A DNA stretch of 64,000 nucleotides from assembly GCF_009914755.1 (NCBI RefSeq), contig NC_060947.1, one strand, 5' to 3'. The position numbers and the translations under genes were made by a program. The number at the start of each line of letters is the position of its first letter. The first letter of the stretch is position 1. Source of the stretch: the human T2T-CHM13v2.0 reference genome, Homo sapiens. Shown here one piece after another: positions 1 to 13,480 of this stretch. The notes beneath the pieces were generated by a model. That model saw nothing but the letters and a program-made list of their open reading frames with translations. It had not been told where the DNA came from and searched no databases.

Positions 1-352
1 CCACTGAGCCATGCTGCTCTCAAGCAGGATGTTCCAGGGGCTTAGCGATCCCTCCCAGGAGCCCTTGCTGCACCGCGTTCCACTCGGGCCACTCCCTGGG
101 CCCTTTGGCTGAATGGAGCTCCATGGAGGATCCGCTTATCTCTGTCTTCATCAGCTCTGACTGCCATAGCAAAATACCATAGACTGGGAGGCTTAGACAA
201 CAGACACTTACTTTCTCGAAGTCCCGGAGGCTGGCCCAGAGCTCCACGTACTCCTGAAAATGCATCTCAGCCCCCCGGGGGAACACTACGCCAGTTCTCC
301 AAGGGCTGCCAGTTCCCGGGGGGACTGCTCTAGCTTTACTCCCTTTGCTTAG

Positions 353-922
<570 letters not shown>

Positions 923-3900
923 TGACTAATGGCTCTCTCAGAGGCACAGGCCAGCACCGTCCTCATCACTGCTGGGGCTCCCTTCACTTGGTGGGAACGG
1001 CCCCAGGTCATAGGCAAGTGACAGTATCGGGAAGAGAGGCCCATTTCAAACAGCCACCAGCGAGCTCAAGGTTCACTGGATGACACTGTAAATGCGATGG
1101 GGAGACTTCATTTGGGAAGTGGACTCTGGCCACCGAGTTGGTCCTTTCTGGTCATCCAAATCACCAAGGGTTAGGGCCGGCCAAGACCAAGGGCGTCAGC
1201 TGTGTTCCTCTCTGAAGTCAGATGGCCACCACTGCCACCAGTATCAGGCGCTTGCCAGAGCTACCATGCTCCCTTGTTCCCATCTCCTCCCGGCCAACAG
1301 TTTTGCCAGAATGCTCCAGACTCGCTGTGTCTCCACACCCCTCCCTGGAACTCTCTTGTGATCCCACTACAGCCTGGCCTCTGCCCACCACTCCCCAGAA
1401 ACGGCGCTCGCCTAGGCCTGCGAGGCTCCCTTCCGGCTCGTGGGGTCGGGCTGTCCCTGCATCGTTCCTGCCTGCTGTGGGCACTGCCTGGAGACTTGCT
1501 GTCCTCACCCGCCTGGCACCCCCACCTCCTGCTCAGCCCTCGCCCCACCCTGCTGTGGCCCTTGAGTGCTGAAAATCCTGGCCGGGGAGGAAGAAAGGGC
1601 CCATGGGGACCCCACCTGCGGCCTGGCCCCTCTCCCACCGCAGCCCCTGCAGCCTCTCCTTCATGGCCTGCCCCTCCCCCAGCAGCCTCCAGAGGGCCAC
1701 CCAGCATGCTTCACACTCCACCTCCTTCTGCAAGGCCTGGGCCACCATCTCTCAGGTCACAGCCATCACTCCCTGCCCCTCCAGGCCCTGTCCAGGATCC
1801 CCAGTTGCAATGCCCCTGACATGGAGCGACTGACCCTCCTCCCTGAGGTCCTGCCAGAGTAGGGACACCACTGCACACTTGGCTGCGGAGCCAGGGCCCG
1901 CCTGAGCCACCAGCCCCAGCTCAAGCGGGAATAGGCGGGGCCTGAGGCCACACCCCTTCCCAGGGTCAGTCACACATCACCAAGGGCCTGTCCCAAAGAA
2001 TCATCCATGCAACTTGCACAAAGCTGTTCTTGGTGCCCTGGGTCCTGTGTTCCCTCCCAGTGGTCTCAAGGGCCGAGTCTCAAGGGACCCAGCCTCAGGG
2101 CAACCCCACTCCCTGGGCCTCAGCCTCCTTTGCTTGCCTTGGCTCAGCTCAGCCCCTCCAACACCACCCTCTGCAGTGGGACTGGTGGAGCCTCTCTCCA
2201 TTGTCCTAAGGATGAAGTCTACGCTCCTGACCATGGCCTTCAAGCCCCTGCCTCTTGGTGTCACCCCAACCTTCCTGCACACCTGCACCCCTGCACCCCC
2301 GGCTGCCTTTCCAATCATGCCCTCTGCCCGCCTGTGCCACTGCACCTCCCCAACTCCCGCTGCGTCCCCTGGGCCCTCATGCTTACAAAGCCCTCTTTGA
2401 CTCCTCTCACTCTCACCACGGGCTCCTTGCAAAACTTTCCAGAGCTACAGAGTCCCCCAGAGACCACGATCACGCAGGGCTAGGTCAAGGGGCAACAAAG
2501 AACTCCACATTTCAAGAGCCCCCCAGGGGTCCAAGGGGCCTCTCCAGCTGAGAACCGGGAGGCGAGGCTGGCATCCTAGGCACCGAACACAGCGTAGCCT
2601 GGGAAGGATGTGTTAGGTCTGGACTCTGAACACTGTCACCTATGCCCTGGCCTGGCCAGAACACAGAGAGCCCCGGTGAGGAAGGGGAGCAGGCTTTGTC
2701 GCCAGATGGCCTGCGTCTCCCCTCCCACGTGCAGGGGCTACTGCCTCAAGCACAATGCTCGGACAGGCCAGGGGTGCAGCACAGATAGTCTGTTCTCGTT
2801 CCCTGCAATAAATATTTCTGCGCTAAATCTTAAACACATCGAATGTTAGAAGCAGCATTCACATCTCCCCCAGTGCCCTCCTAGCGGCCCAACTGTGCCT
2901 TCTACGAGACCATGCCTATGGGCCCCCCAGCTGCCCCCAGATGGGCTCTTATCTATCGTACCCCTGTTGTGCTACAGAGCCCAGAGCTGCCCAAGCCTGG
3001 GGTGGGGGGTGAGGACAGCAGGACCTTGCCCCTCGGCGGCCCACTTCACTCCTGCCGCCGCAGCCGAAGGCGACGTTAGGTTTTCCAGCAGCTGAGACAA
3101 CAGCCCTGCCCTGACCTGAAGCATCAGTGGTGTCAGTGGTACCCCGGCCACCTGTGTGTCTCGTGTCCTCTGTATGTGGGGGCCGCTGCAGCCTGGCTAG
3201 TAGAAGCGAGTCCCATCGGTCAGAGTCTTAGAGTTCCAGGCTGTTCCAGTTGTCGGTGCTCACAGAGACACGGGCAGCTGAGTCCCCTGCTTTACGTATG
3301 AGGAAACAGGGTGCACTCTTTCCCCTTGGCACCAGCCGATCCGACTCTTCCACGGGCTCCTGACCCCCATGGCTTTTCGCTTTGACTTTGTCACATCCAA
3401 CTCACCATGTTTCTCAGGAATGCTGAACCAGTCGGTTCTTTTAGCCAGCTATGTAAGAGCATCTGCTCTCTTTGATTCGAAACACCTGCTTGAAAAATGG
3501 AGCTAAAGCTTGGGAGAAGCCCGTCAGGTTGTACGTATGCCCCAAGCCAAGAAAAACATTTCCTAGGCAGCTGGCCCCAGGTTTCTGCTTTTTGGGAACC
3601 ACAAAATCGCTCCCCAGATTTTGGAGGCCGGCACAAGCTTTTCTGTTGCTAAGTGAAGGCATTTTGTAACCTGCTCGCACCATGGTTCCATACTAACATA
3701 TCAACGCACCAGATGGACAGGGTGTCATTCCAGAATAAAAGAGTCCTTCAAACCCAGAACATGTAGCTTTCTGAAGCGCTCATGACTCGGTCTGTCTTTT
3801 TTGCATCCCATTATAATGCAAAGAGAAGCTTCGTCAGCAACTGGGCCTTGCTCCCGGCTCAGCTCTTGGGCTTCCAGGTGTGGGGTGGTGGCGACTGTGG

Positions 3901-5157
3901 TATTGTCACTGATGTGGCTCTCCCACTGGGACACCATCTGTAGCCAGGCCAGACCAATGCAAATCTGAGGCAGGAAAGGCATCTTTCCTATCCCTCATCA
4001 CTTTTGCCGCAGCGAGAGTCCTCTCCTGAATCTAGACAGGAGACCCCCCACCCCGCAAGCCACCGCGACGCCATCACATCAACCATCCTCCTTCCGTGCG
4101 CTGACACACTCAGTATGCATTCCTCACGGTCGCAGCAAGTGCCATGAGGTTCCCCTTGTGACAAGCAAGCGAGTGGGATGTGCTGGGCGGAAGGGGACTG
4201 GGCAGGCTGAGAAGAAGGAGGAGTCCTTTCCACAGCGCGTCAAAGGCTGAAGTGGCATACATCCTCATTTTGGCCGGTGCAGGGGGAGTCTGAACACTCA
4301 AGCTGCCTTCTTCCACGAAGCCCTGGCCCGTTTCAAGACACCCAGGTGAACCTGGTGGCCACCACATAGCACTGCAGGGCTCGGGCTGGAGCAGGTAGCT
4401 TTGGGCTCCAGATGCGCACACTGGCTTTGCTGTTCACATCATCTCCAGTGAGACGGACATGAGTCCCCATCCCAGCCAAGGGCAGGTCAGGAAATCCAAA
4501 GACACTGGGTCAAGGCCCTCCTGCAGGCCTCAGTTTCCCCAGCCTTGCTTCCCCTTCAATTTGTAGGAAGCTGTAAGAGTGGGGACAAAGCGAAGCCACG
4601 GCTGCCAGTCGGTGGGAAAACCCCCTCCTCCGCTAGGTCCATTCTTCTGCTGAAGTTTCGAGGGGGCGCCCCCTGCCCAGTCACTCAGATGAGCCACAGA
4701 AGCTGGCGGAGACGGGCAGGCGGATGGAGCATGGGGCATAAGTCCTCCGGGTTTAGAGGAAGCAGGGCGGGTTCTAATAGGAGCGTGTCATGTCCCTCAG
4801 GTGTGTTGGAGAGGAAAAACAAGGTTGAGAACCATGAAGTACTTCCTGATAAGTGGCTTGCAAGGGGCATTTCTGACATGTTTGCAGTGTGCCCTGACTT
4901 GTGACCCCCTTCCCTTCCCAATCTCATGACCACTAACCATCTGCTCAGCAAACCCTCTCTCGGTGGGTGGCACAGAGGCTGGCCTCACTCAGGGCCCTGT
5001 CCAAACATCGCCAGCTCCCAGTGAGCGGGGTGACCCGATGAGGCTTTGCTGTCACCCTATGTGCCCAGTGGTGGCCCCTATCCTCGCCCAGCCCTCCCCT
5101 CCGTGATAGCCTGGACAACAGTGCAAGCCAAACTTTATCTCATTTTCTCTCCCACAG

Positions 5158-5311
5158 ATGGAGGTAGTGAGTACCTTCAAGAGAAGCGGTTCAGTTCAGG
5201 GTGCTGTGCGCCGGCGGTCTTCGGTCCTCAGCCAGCTTCATGACGTAACCAATCTTTCTACCCCTACTCACGCAATTCTCTCTGCTGCCAATCCTACCAG
5301 TGCTGCTGGGA
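5158..5311 (+). CDS. ATP2B3: PMCA3 splice-site-C alternative 154-nt exon (a-variant)
   Basis: Acceptor tttctctcccacag ends at 5157 and donor gtgagt starts at 5312. Encodes MEVVSTFKRSGSVQGAVRRRSSVLSQLHDVTNLSTPTHAILSAANPTSAAG plus 1 nt. Splicing to 15539 shifts frame to NPGGESVP-stop (TAG 15562-15564). Internal donor GAC|GTAACC after nt 87 (5245). Read-through gives AAGSES-stop. Confidence 0.95.
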
Positions 5312-6555
5312 GTGAGTCTTGACTTCCCTTTTCTCTCATAAATGGCATCTCTGGGGAAGAATAAGCCTCCCCAGCTCGGCCTTCTCTCTTTTGCAGTCTT
5401 GCATTCCGCTCACCGTGGCTTTTCTGTTCTTTCTTTACCGCCCTGTCCAGTCCTTCCCGCCCAGACGGTGTCTCTCGAAAGCCATATTCTTTTATGAAAC
5501 GTATTCAACCCATGGCACTTCCGGACCTCCCGTTCTTTGCTTTGTTTGGTTTTTCGGTTTGTGTTTAGTGCTCCTTGTGCCATTGGTTCTCTTTTCTTGA
5601 ACTTGTCTGCCTTTGCCGATGGTTCTTCATGAACTTGGGCCGCTTCTGGGGGTGTCTGGTGTCAGGCTAGGGCCTTGCTCAGTGTTCAGTGGTGCAGCAT
5701 CAGGGCAGCACGCGGGCTCAGGGCCGCCTTCCCGGGGCTGGAGGGGTGGCGGGTGCCTTTCCCACACTGTTTGCCACAGAAGAATCTAGCCCACGTACCC
5801 AGGAACTGGAGCGGCGCTTCCAGCATCCTCCTTGAAGTGGTTTCCTAAGGATGCCGCTGTCACCTGTCCCCAGGTGGGCTCAGTGCTGACCAATCACTAC
5901 TGCACAGGTGGTGCCTGCCCTGTAGGCCTTGCCCCAAGCCACCGGGTGTTAGAGGTTTCCCCAGAACTGGCACTCAGAGGCCTCTTCAAGACGTTGCCAG
6001 GAAAATTTCCCACCATGTTGGTCACAGTTTAAAGAGAACCCAGGGGCTGTCCTAAGGAGGTAGAAACTTCCAGAATTGCTCACATCTTTTTACAAAGACA
6101 AAGGGAAGGCCACTCCACCGCTGACCCCACTACCCTGATGGGAGAGAATGCAGGGAACCCAGTGGGCCCAGCCAGGCAGCCTGCTTTTTCCAGCAAACTC
6201 AAGAGAGTTTATACACCAAAGAGTAAACTTTCGCGCGTGGGCCCAGGGCCTTTGCCAGGATGGTTCTATGCTACCTCTTTCCTTTCCTTCTAGCAAGCCC
6301 CCGAAGCGCTCCCCTCTGCCAACACGAACACGCCACTCCCCTGCAGGTGGGAGTCCTTAACCACGCCTTTTTCCATCACAGACTCTTCCAGCTTGATTGC
6401 TTTTCTTTTCCTTTCTTTTTTTTTTTAGGAACTGGTGAGAGGTCCCTGGTGGGGGTCACCCCTCCTCTTGCATAAGCTGTCATTTTGGGCCACTCTGTCC
6501 TTTAAGGAAGGGAGGAGGCCCATCCTGTCCCCCTTGGGAACAGAGCACGTGCGCG

Positions 6556-6558
<3 letters not shown>

Positions 6559-6602
<44 letters not shown>
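6559..6602. repeat. (AC)22 microsatellite
   Basis: Directly visible; preceded by gcacgtgcgcgcgt. Confidence 0.95.
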
Positions 6603-6604
<2 letters not shown>

Positions 6605-9600
6605 CTTCTCCAAACCACAGGCCACGTACACCTCCAGCTTGCTCCACACTCATCATGGGGCCACCTACCCTTGTCACAAATATTGGCTGACACCGTGGCA
6701 GTTGGGCTGAAAAGCAGTCGGCGCCTCCAGTGCCCTAGACGTGGGCCCAAAGGGGCCTCGCCGCCACTCCACCCAGAGAGGCGGACAGGAGGCTCTGCCA
6801 AGTCAGTTAAAGCCAGAAATGGTTCGTGGCCTCCCAGCACCTTCCTTCCTGGGAGCTGAGGGCAGCAGGGGGCATGGCTGTGCCTCCGCCTCCCTCCCCC
6901 TTGACTTCCTCCGTATGTCTCTTTGCCATCTCTCTCTGTGCTTCCTGTCTGTCTGTCCATTTGCCCATTTGTTGAGTTAAGGGGAAGGCAGCCACCACGG
7001 CCCCACTCCACGCGTTCCTCGAGCCTTCTCCACAGCTCTGGCCTCATCCCACCCCAGGACCAGCTCCTTGTCCCTCTCCAGGTCCAGCCCAGCCTCTGTG
7101 GGGCCTGCTGTCTTTTCTCCCTCTGGATTCCTCCTGCTTCCTCCCTGGGGCAGCCTCTTGCTCCTCTCTTCCTTGGCTCCTAGCACTTCCTTCCTGCCTT
7201 CATTCCGTGGCCATCTGTCCCCCTCCTCCCCACCTCCGGAGCCTGGCAGTGCGGGGTAAGTAGAGTGGGAGAGACGCCACCCCTCCTGCTGTTCACAAGC
7301 TATTCCATGGGGGCCCTAAGTGGCGGATAGCCAGAAGGAGGGCAGCTGTCCCTTGCACACTGTGTGCTCCAGCAGAAGGTGGGTGGCAGGGCCCTCTGAA
7401 GAGGCCCATCCCAGCTGAACATCAGCATCCCAGAAAGGACTCTGCCGTGGAGGAAGATGCTGGCTGGGGACCTGGCAACACCAAGGACATGCCCACTTCT
7501 GGAAGCCACCTGCCAGAACCACCTCCTGCCATCATCACAGTGCAGCGGATTGGTTTAGAACTCAGAACCCAACCCCCACTCCACGCTTCAAGGACCCCAA
7601 GCAATCACCAAGCCCAGCACTCTCATCCTAGAGATCAGGGGAAGGAGGTTGTCCCCAAGGGCCAGGACCTGCACTGGGTCCCATAAGCAGCCAGGCCTGG
7701 CAGAGTGGGGACTAGCACCAGCGCCCACCCTCTACTTGGAACTTTCTGGTGGATGAGAGATGCTCTGAAGGCTGTGACGGAGCTCCCCTAGACAAGAGGG
7801 CTGCCCCAACTAGGCCTGCAGGGGCGTCGAGTCACGTGGTTTCCTAAGGCAAGCCCACAGTTTCCCATCCTCTTTGCCTGCTCCAGGCCAGGCTGCCTTT
7901 CAGCCCACCAGGAGTCTGGGGCCTTTCTGGGCACTGGAGCTGCCTCCGTCCCAAGCCTTTCCTACTAAGGACCTCAGGTCCTCCAGAGAGAAGGGCCGGT
8001 GGTTGGTAGCATGACATCCCCTCACCCTGTGCCCCTGGGGCCAATGCAGGAAGTAGCAAGGGGGTGGCTAGGAGGGGTCGAGAGATTTGGGATCGCTGGG
8101 GCTCAGTGCTCACACACTCGAGCCCTCCCCACCCTGTCTAACCTCCCACACCTTTGCTGCTTCTGGACTCAGGAGTCCCAACACAGGCCCCATCCCTCCT
8201 CTGCATGCATTGTCAGACTGTGCCGGCCACAACTTCTGACCCCCAGCTCCAGGCAGCCTCCACTGCCCCTCCCCTGCCCAGCCTGGTGACTACCCCACAC
8301 CATGCCCCAACCACACACTCACACACCGAGGCCACAGTATCACCCTCCCTGTTGGGTGTCCATATTCCGGAGAGCTGGTCAGGGACAGCTGGTTCAGTCA
8401 CTCGGGTCTACCAAGGGCAGCAGGCACAGGGGGCTGCGCGTCTGCCACTAGGAGGCACGGGAGGGTGCGCGATCATTTGGAAAGCCCCATCAAAGCCACT
8501 TGAGAGGCCTTTTATGTCTGTTTTCCACTGGGACACACAGACAAACCCCAGCCACGCATCCAAAGTCTATCCTTCCAGCAGCGCCACACCAGGCCTGTGT
8601 GAGATGCTTACTGTTGGAGTCGTTCCTGAGATGCCTCCTGACCTGGCCCAGCAAAGGAGCAGGGGTTAGGCAGCAGGCCATGAGTCTGGTCCCATGTGGC
8701 CACCGGGGGTCCCTCCGGGCCGTTTAGTTCCAGTTAATCATGCTGGAAACAGATCACAGCAGTTGCTTGGTTTTATTGGCTTTGGCAACATGAAAACCGT
8801 GTGGCCAAAGGGGCCAAACCGGGCCACGTGAGTCCCAGGCTTTCCCTGGACACTCCTTTCCAGGGCCCAGGGCGACATGCTCACCACACTCCCAGCCCCG
8901 TGGTGGAAGGAGTCTTGTTTTCTGGAGTTTGCTCCATTCTCAGGAAGGTCATGTGCTTTGAGCCAAGCCTCCCTACCTGGTTTCTGGGAACGGTGTATTG
9001 GCATTTTTTCTCAGATCTTTGACAGTCTGCACCCTGCCTCCATGCTGGAAGCAGTAGCAACCCTCCCCCAAGAGCCCTGCCCTAGGCTTTCCTGGAACCC
9101 TGGGCCCTACCACAGGGGAATGCCCTTCCAGGCAAACCCTAAAGTAGGCACCAGAACGCAGCCTAGGGCAGACCCCAGGACCCCTGGTCCAAGGCCCTCC
9201 CCATCAGGCACTCCAAGTGTGGACTCCCAAGCTGGGAACCAGGGCAGAGACCTCTCAAGACTAATTGGAGGTCCCGCAGCTGGATTCAGCCAGTACGGAG
9301 GCAAGGGCTCAGCTGGGCCTTCCTCCTGGGTCCTCTTTAGTCCGACCACCCGACACTGACTCGCCGCGCCCAGGTCAGTTCAGCTTGCTGGTGTTGGGAG
9401 CACAGGTCTAGGCTCACACGGTCCTGGGCATGAGTGTGCACACAAGGTGGGAGGCAATTTTCATGAAACTTGCCAGCTGCAAGCAGTTCTGGCTTGCCAA
9501 CACACACAGAGCCATGTCTTGTCTTTTCCGTTCTTTGGTTCAATTCCTTGGGGAAAGAGCCAGCTGTGGAGCTTGCATTTTCATTTTTCCTAATTCAAGC

Positions 9601-12600
9601 ATGTGACATCCCCATGGGGTAGAAAGGGGCCTTCCCCTTGCTCTTCCCCCACATAGAGAAGTGAGGCCGAAGCCATCTTCTCCTCAGTGTTCAGGCTATC
9701 TGAGCTTGGCTTCTCATTGCCCGAGTTGACTGATGGTTCCTATTGCCACAGGCTCTTGAGGACACCTTTGTCTCGCTTTCAAGTTGTGATTCACCTTCAC
9801 GCCTACAGGGGTTGTTTTGAGCCTGGAAACCCTAAAGTTCTTGACAAGAAGTTCCCCATGGGTCTCCCTGGCTGCTGTGTTCAGAATCTGCTCTAAATTC
9901 AAAGCTCAGATGCCTGGGGAGCTGACAGGTCCCTGCCTCCAAAGGAAGGTTCTGGACCAGTGGTTGGTGCTGAGCAGTGGATAGGTAGGGAGGAAATCGA
10001 CCAGAAGCATCCGAGTTCTGTGAACCTTAGCGGCTGAGACTGAGCAGAGAGCATGGAGCCCCTCGGGTCGGCTGGTGCCCAGCACAGAGGCAGCAGGATA
10101 GGGCTTGTTTCTGCTTGAGGAATTAGAAGGAAGAGTGAGAAGGTGTCAGGCACAGCTTCTGTCGTTTCGTTGTCACTGCGGTCAGGAGTCTTTGCTTTGA
10201 TTGTTCTCTTTTCCTTTCCTTTTTCTACTCTTCTCGGTCCTTCGCTTGTCTCCCTGCTTCTGCGGCCCTTCTCCACCCTCATCCTCCTCCCCAGCCCTGC
10301 ACTGCAAACTCCAGCACTTGAAGGCTAACCAGGGGCACGTCTCCCCATGCACATGGCGGGCACCTCCACTCCAGCTGGCCGGCAGTGGCATCGCACATGG
10401 CACTCCACACCTGCACCCCTTCCGCTTTGGCTCAGTGTGGCCAGGGATGGGCCTTGTCAGTCTGCAGCGTCACCCGCCCTGTGTAAGGCTCAGAACTGCT
10501 CATCCACGCAAGTCGGGAGCCCGGGCCAAGCCCACAGCACTCAGCATGTCTCCTCTGGGCAGCTGGTAACAAACTGCCCGGGACAGCCTCTCTAAGGATG
10601 CGTACTTGAGCTAAGTTCAGAGGAAGGAGAAAGGCCAGCCAGGCAGCAGAAAGGGCAGGGGTCATGGCTCCGGGGAGCCCCTGCGTGGGGTGTTCAGAAA
10701 CAGCTCCAGCCGGCTGGGCATTGCAAAGTGGGCAAAGAGCTATGGGGAGGGCCGAAGCCAGCACAGGAGGCTGGTGCAAAGCCGTGTGGGCCCCAGACAT
10801 TCAGCCCCGTCCACTGAGCCCCTGCTGGGTGCAGCGAGCCAGACAGACAGACCCCTGCCCCAGGGGGATTACCTTCCAGTGAAAGGTGGATGGATGTAGG
10901 GGGCACTTGAAGGAAGGAGCAGAAGTGGGCACCATGCTGCTGGGGAAGACAAGAGTGAGGGGAGCCTTCCTGGTGTGGGGTGCAGCCACAGCAAAGGTCC
11001 CCAGGTGGGATGTGCCGGAGGCTGAGGGGTAAAAGAGGGCAGAGTGAGAAAGACTGGGGCCGGCTCCGAGGGCCACAGCCAGTGGAGGGCTTGTAGCGGG
11101 GGAGACCAAGACACGCTCTGGTTTTCGGGCCGCCGTGCTAAGGGCATGGAGGGGTGGGGGCGAAGTGCAGGTTCTGGATGGCGTTTGAAGGGAGCCACGG
11201 GGCTGGGGCCGGGGGGGTTGGGCCTGCTAAGTTTGAGACCCAGCTTAGATGCCCAAGTCTGGAGCCGGAGCCGAGAGGCTGTTAGCCGACAGGTGGAATG
11301 GAAGGCCGAGAGCCAGAAGAGAGTACCTAGACCCAGAGGAGGGGCCCTCGGGTGTCAGGGATGGGAGAGGAGGAGGGGCTGGAGCAGTGTCGGACAGCGC
11401 TGGGGGACTGTGAGGAGTAAAGGACTGTGGCCTCTCAGGGCCATCAGCCATGATGGGGAACGGAGAAGTGTGGCAGAGGGAGACAGCAGGAGGACACAAG
11501 GAGGTGGGGACACACAGTGGGGAGCCACCTCGCCTCACCCGGATGAGATGGGGAGTCCTCCAGCCCAACCTGACCCTCCTAGGGGCATCTCTCCCGGAAG
11601 AGTGCTTTCATTTCCTTTCTTTTTAAATTGTCACAGTAAAACGGGCTTTTGGGGGTACAGTTCAATGAATTTCCACACAGTCAGGACACGGGCCAGTTCC
11701 ATCGCCTACTGGAAGGTTTAGAGCCAGATGGGGGACCAAGAGTCTGACTTGGCAGCCAGAGAGAGCTCGGAAACTCCACCTAGAGAAGGGACAGGAAGGA
11801 TGGAGGGCTTTGCTGGTGGGGGTTGGGGTCCCAATGTGACCCCAGGGCCCCAGGCAGGACATAGCAGCAGCAATGGAGGTGAGGAGAGGCTCAGATGTGG
11901 AAGATGCTTTTGAGTTAGGGTAGGGCCCACAGGACACGTGGATGTCTGGTACATAGGGTCAGGGGGTCAAAGTGCCTCTGAGGTTTGGCCAGAGCCCTGC
12001 ACTGGGATGGGAAGGCTGCTGGTGGGCAGAGTTCAGCTGGAGCACTGATAAGAGTCCTCCTCGGGCCTCCTGCAATTTGAGAGGTCCCTTAGGCATCCGA
12101 GGGGGAACACCCAGGAGGCAGCCAGGGCAGAAGTCTGGCAGTCCAGGAAAAGGTGGACATGGTGCAGCTGGTATCTGCAGTATTTACGGTGGCCTGATGG
12201 TCTATAGACAGCATTGACAGCCCTGGGGGCCATGAGATTCCTTTGGGAGCAGTAGGGGGCGTGGCGCGTCCTGGGCTGAGAGCAGAGCAGGAGGCGGTGC
12301 AGGAGCCTGAGATGAGGACAGAGTGAACCCAGGCTGGTGGAAGGAGGGCATCCTTGAGCACCCAGGTAGGAGTGCAGCCCTCTGGGATGGGCCTCTCTTA
12401 GAAACGTTTGTTGCTTTCCATTGAACCAATCTCCCAGGAATCGACTGCATCCTTCAGTGTTGGGTGGGCTGAAAACACCCCACCTTAACACCAACACCAA
12501 AACATTGTTTAATGGCCCAGGATTAGGATGCAGGGAAAATAGAGCCTGGAGAAAGCTGACTCACTGTCAGCTGTAACAGACTCACCAGGACTCCAGCCAA

Positions 12601-13359
12601 GCTTAGCACCCCCAAACAGCAGAATGTTGGGGGGCAGCCCTTCCATCCTGCAGCGGTTCACTCAGTCACTTGTGCATTCCCCAAGTGTCTGCTGAGCAGC
12701 TGCTCTGGGCCAGGCTCTGTTGTTAAGCCACAAACAAGGCAGATGCCATCCGGGAGGGGCACGCTGGAGTAGCCGGTGAGACCGGAGGAGCAGTAGCAGC
12801 AGAAGCCCAGCCTGGAAGGAAGGGCTGGCTCCGTGGCCTGGCTCTCCTTTATGGAGGTCTTTGGAGTTGAGCCAGGTGCAGTGAGACCTGTGCATAGGTT
12901 TGAGCAGGGGCCTGGCCTGATCACATGCCCCCAGGTCTGAATGAGGCCACCAGCTCAGCGAGATCTCACCCCACACAGCCCTGGGGTCAAGGCCTGCAGC
13001 ACTTTGTCCTTTTTGTGACTTGATGGGCAACAGCTTTAGCAGGCGATGTCCCAGGCGGCTTCCACACCACAATCCTGTACCAGAAAAGGCCTAAATAATG
13101 AGGCAACATCTGCATTGGCTACGAAAACTGAATTCTGTTTCTTTTCATTAAAAACGTCAAATTATTCTCAATTTCTGTGTTACCCCTAATTCAGAAACCA
13201 GTCTGGGGATAAAGGCCTGAGTGAGAATAGCTGACCATCTGCCGTCTGGCAGATGTGGCTTTCCCGAATGCAGAGAAAATCCGAACCAGATTTCAGATGG
13301 GGTGCTAGAAAATTCCAATGTGGAGCTTTTTGGCTTACTTTTTTTTATTATTATTTTAA

Positions 13360-13480
13360 ATAGGAACGGGGAGTATCACTCTGTTGCCCAGGTTGGTCTC
13401 GAACACCTGAGCTCAAGCGATCAGCCCGCCTCGGCCTCCCAAAGTGCTGGAATTACAGCTGTGGACCACCAAACCTGGCC
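13360..13480 (-). mobile_element. Alu monomer (FLAM/AluJ left arm)
   Basis: gttgcccagg...ctcaagcgatc...cctcggcctcccaaagtgctgg. Confidence 0.85.
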
